64,000 nucleotides of DNA from an uncultured Myxococcales bacterium (lineage in GTDB: Bacteria > Myxococcota_A > UBA9042), in the NCBI GenBank assembly GCA_903919145.1, contig CAIXGW010000063.1:8253-72252 (forward strand), written 5' to 3'. Position numbers and translations under genes: made by a program. Positions 61,735-64,000 of this stretch are shown here, in pieces. A model generated the notes under the pieces. That model made no database searches and was not told the origin of the DNA. It saw only the letters and a program-made list of their open reading frames with translations. How positions within the stretch are numbered: the stretch's first letter is position 1; the number at the start of each line of letters is the position of its first letter.

Positions 61735-64000
61735 TGCACAGCGCCAAACCCCAGCCAGATCCAGCCATTTCGCCCGACGCCCCGCCGCAGATCGCCCAGT
61801 GGCAGGGGGCGCAGCCGCTGGCCCAAGGCGGTGGCGGTGCCGTGTGGCTGGCGAGCCAAGGCCCCGCTGGCCCCCTCAACCCGGCGGCCTTCGTCATCAA
61901 GCTGGCCAACCGCGACCAGCAAGACGTGCTGAGCCGCGAGTGGCGGGCGCTGCTAGAGGTGCCGCTGGCGATGCTGCCAGAGCCGGTGTGGCTGAGCCCG
62001 GTGGCACCGAGCCAGCACCGCGGCCGGGCCCAGGCACTGGTACTGGCGCGCTGTCCGGGCCTGCCGCTCGACGCGGCGCTGCAAGGGCACACCGCCCAAG
62101 AAGTCTTGGCCGTCGGCGCGGCATTGTTGCGCGGACTGGCGGTGTTGCATGCTCAAGGCTGGGTCCACGGCGACCTGCACGCGGGCAATGTGTTGGTCGA
62201 GACCACGGCGGCAGGTCCCGAGGTCACGCTGTTGGACCTGGGCCTGGCGGACCGCCACGGCGAGGCGATCCGCGGCCCAGGTCGGCTGGACGGCGCGGCG
62301 CCGGACCGCTTGCGCGGCGGACTGGCGGACCCGCGCGACGACCTGTTCTCTCTGGCTGCGGCGCTGTGGAAGGCGTGGCTAGGGGCGCCGGCCTGGCCCA
62401 ACTACCCGGCCCAACAGCCACAACGCCACCAGCGGCCCCAATTGCCGGCTGGGCACGGCGACCCGCTGGACCAGCGCCTGCTGGCGGCCTTGAGCGCCAT
62501 GCTGGCCCCGGAGCGCAGCCACCGCCCTCAAGACGCCGAGGCGGCGCTGCTGCTGTGGCGGGGGGCCGACGCCGACCCAGCGCAGGATCGCCGGTGGTGG
62601 GCGCAGGCGATGCGCCGGGCGGGCTCGCGGCGGTCACTGACACAGGTAGGGCAGGCCCTGCCCGAGCACCGCGGGTTGTGGCTGCAGGGGCCGCCGGGCA
62701 GCGGGCGCTCTTCGCTGCTGTGGACGCTGGCCACCCAAGCGGCAGACAGCGGCCGGGCGGTGGCGTGGCTGACCTCTGACAAGCAAGGGCAAATGCTGAT
62801 CAATTGCGGGCAGCACAGCTGGGCTTGGCAAGCGCCGGCGCTGCGCGGCTCCCTGCTGGGAGACGGACTGGCGCAGGCGGCGGAGCAGGGCGCGGCATGG
62901 CTGGCCCAGCACCTGGACGCGCTGGACGAGGGCCTGGCGCCCGGTTGGCTGCTGGCAGACGATGCCGGCGAATTGTCTCCGGCGGCGGCGGCGGTGCTGC
63001 AGGCGCTGCTGGCCGATCCACAGCGGCTGCCGGGTTGGCGACTGGCCGCTGCGGGCGGCGAGGCGCCGGCGGCGGCCCAGGCTTGGCAGCTGCCGGCCCT
63101 GAACCTGCAGGACCTGGCAGACCGACTGAGCGCCGTGACCGGTGGGCGCCGCTGGGATGCCGCCGTGGTCGCAGCGCTGGCGGAGACGGTTGGGGCGCGG
63201 CGCAGAGAAGCCCTTGAGCTGGCTGCAGAACTCATCGACCAGGGCGCAGTCGAGATTGGCGCAGAGCGGGTTGACTGGCGCGACGGCTCCGCGCTGCCGC
63301 CCGTGGTGGTTGGCGAGCTGGCCCAAGCCCGCCGCGCGCTGCAGCTCCCGGATCCCAGCTGGTGGCCGCTCATCGGCCGGTTGGCGACGGCCAGCGGAGC
63401 GATGGCGCTGCCCCCCCAAGCCCGCGCCTTTGCCGAGCGCTCGCCGCTGTTGGCGCTGCGTGGCCCAGACCGGGTGGCCATGGCCGACCAGGCGGCGCGG
63501 CAATTCGTCTTGGCGGCGCTGCCTTGTGAGCTAGTGGGCGCGGAATTGCGTGCTCAGGCCAGCGCTGCTGAGACGGCGGCCGAGCGCGCGGCGCTGCGGG
63601 TCAGGGCGTGGCAGAGCGATGCCTCCCAGGCGCCAGAGGGGCGCGAAGTGGCCGATGCAGCTGCCGCCCTTCTTGGCCAGGGCGCCTACGCCGCAGCCGA
63701 GGCGCTGTGCGGACCGTGGTTGGCGGCGCAGCCGTTGGACGCCGCCGCGCCAGAGCTGCCAGAGGTGGCCGCGGCGCTGCTGAGGGCCAAGACCGCCCAG
63801 GGCCAGCTGATCCAAGCCGGAGAGCTGGCCGGGCGCTGGCCAGAGGCCTGGGATCGCCACCGGCCATTGCTGTTGGCGCGGGCAGAGTGGGCTTTTCGCT
63901 CGGGGCTCTATCCCCAATGCCGCGAGCTGGCGACGCAATTGACCAAGAGCGACCCCAGCGACGCCGACGCCTGGCTGTGGTTGACCTTTGCCGCCACCTG
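61735..64000 (+). CDS. Ser/Thr protein kinase-like domain fused to a P-loop (AAA/STAND-type) NTPase and helical repeats; the C-terminus lies beyond the window end
   Basis: Missing from the ORF track because it has no stop in the window. The frame is open from the ATG at 61735 to 64000 with high GC3. Kinase subdomains: glycine-rich loop AQGGGGAVW, FVIKL, catalytic loop HGDLHAGN (atypical) and DLG. Then LWLQGPPGSGRSSLLWTLA Walker A, followed by Ala/Leu-rich repeats. Confidence 0.7.

Noticed and set aside
1-64000. tRNA, rRNA, integrase, transposase, phage or other obvious mobile element genes
   Set aside because: No cloverleaf-like or rRNA-like segments were recognised. No recombinase or transposase motifs were found in any frame. 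The only mobile-type signals are the small non-autonomous MITE-like copies.

Overview
This 64 kb window has a high GC content (roughly 68-70%) and is densely coding. It looks like chromosomal DNA from a myxobacterium (Myxococcota). The evidence is several secreted proteins ending in a Cys-Gly motif, then a hydrophobic helix, then an Arg-rich tail (MYXO-CTERM-like). Further support comes from many Cys-rich repeat lipoproteins, a Ser/Thr-kinase-STAND fusion, and leaderless or GTG/TTG starts with ATGA/GTGA translational coupling. The supplied ORF track over-calls heavily: most listed ORFs are alternative-frame artefacts of the GC bias, so I called genes by GC3-rich frame, recognisable motifs and coupling signals.

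Content from left to right:
- an unlisted partial recC running off the window start;
- a Cys-rich lipoprotein and a P-type ATPase;
- an SOS promoter with a LexA box driving imuA-imuB, with no dnaE2 nearby;
- a YHS lipoprotein, then cysK and an Rrf2 regulator;
- mgtE, an ArsR regulator and an MFS transporter;
- a metallophosphoesterase;
- an extracytoplasmic redox-like cluster: PSCyt-like lipoprotein, CXXCH protein, Cys/Asp-rich protein fused in frame to a DUF4266-like lipoprotein, DUF3570-like outer membrane protein, TlpA and ApbE;
- an EF-G paralog;
- two ATP-grasp ligases, an FGE-like lipoprotein, a GH15-like hydrolase and a HisJ-type PHP phosphatase;
- the ISC-type fdx and cyaY;
- a phospholipase-C-like secreted protein;
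- a large lipoprotein with calcium-binding EGF repeats and a fibrinogen-like motif;
- a cyclophilin, a TPR protein, thpR, a CHAP/PG-binding hydrolase and cinA;
- an enolase-superfamily enzyme and a two-subunit GMC dehydrogenase;
- a 1050 aa Cys-module lipoprotein;
- an SDR and a DUF2892 membrane protein, flanked by two palindromic tandem arrays (7 x 44 bp and about 3.5 x 87 bp);
- a rhodanese-homology protein and a bestrophin-like channel;
- a 145 aa protein translationally coupled to a 1405 aa P-loop NTPase;
- divergently, a protein kinase-AAA-helical-repeat gene running off the window end.

There is also a roughly 140 bp MITE-like element in three copies (TA flanks, GTACCC/GGGTAC termini). 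Two of the copies sit exactly on the stop codon of the upstream gene.

No rRNA, tRNA, CRISPR, integrase or transposase was recognised. The best candidates for something undescribed are the palindromic arrays, the MITE family, and the large NTPase / 145 aa / kinase-STAND locus.
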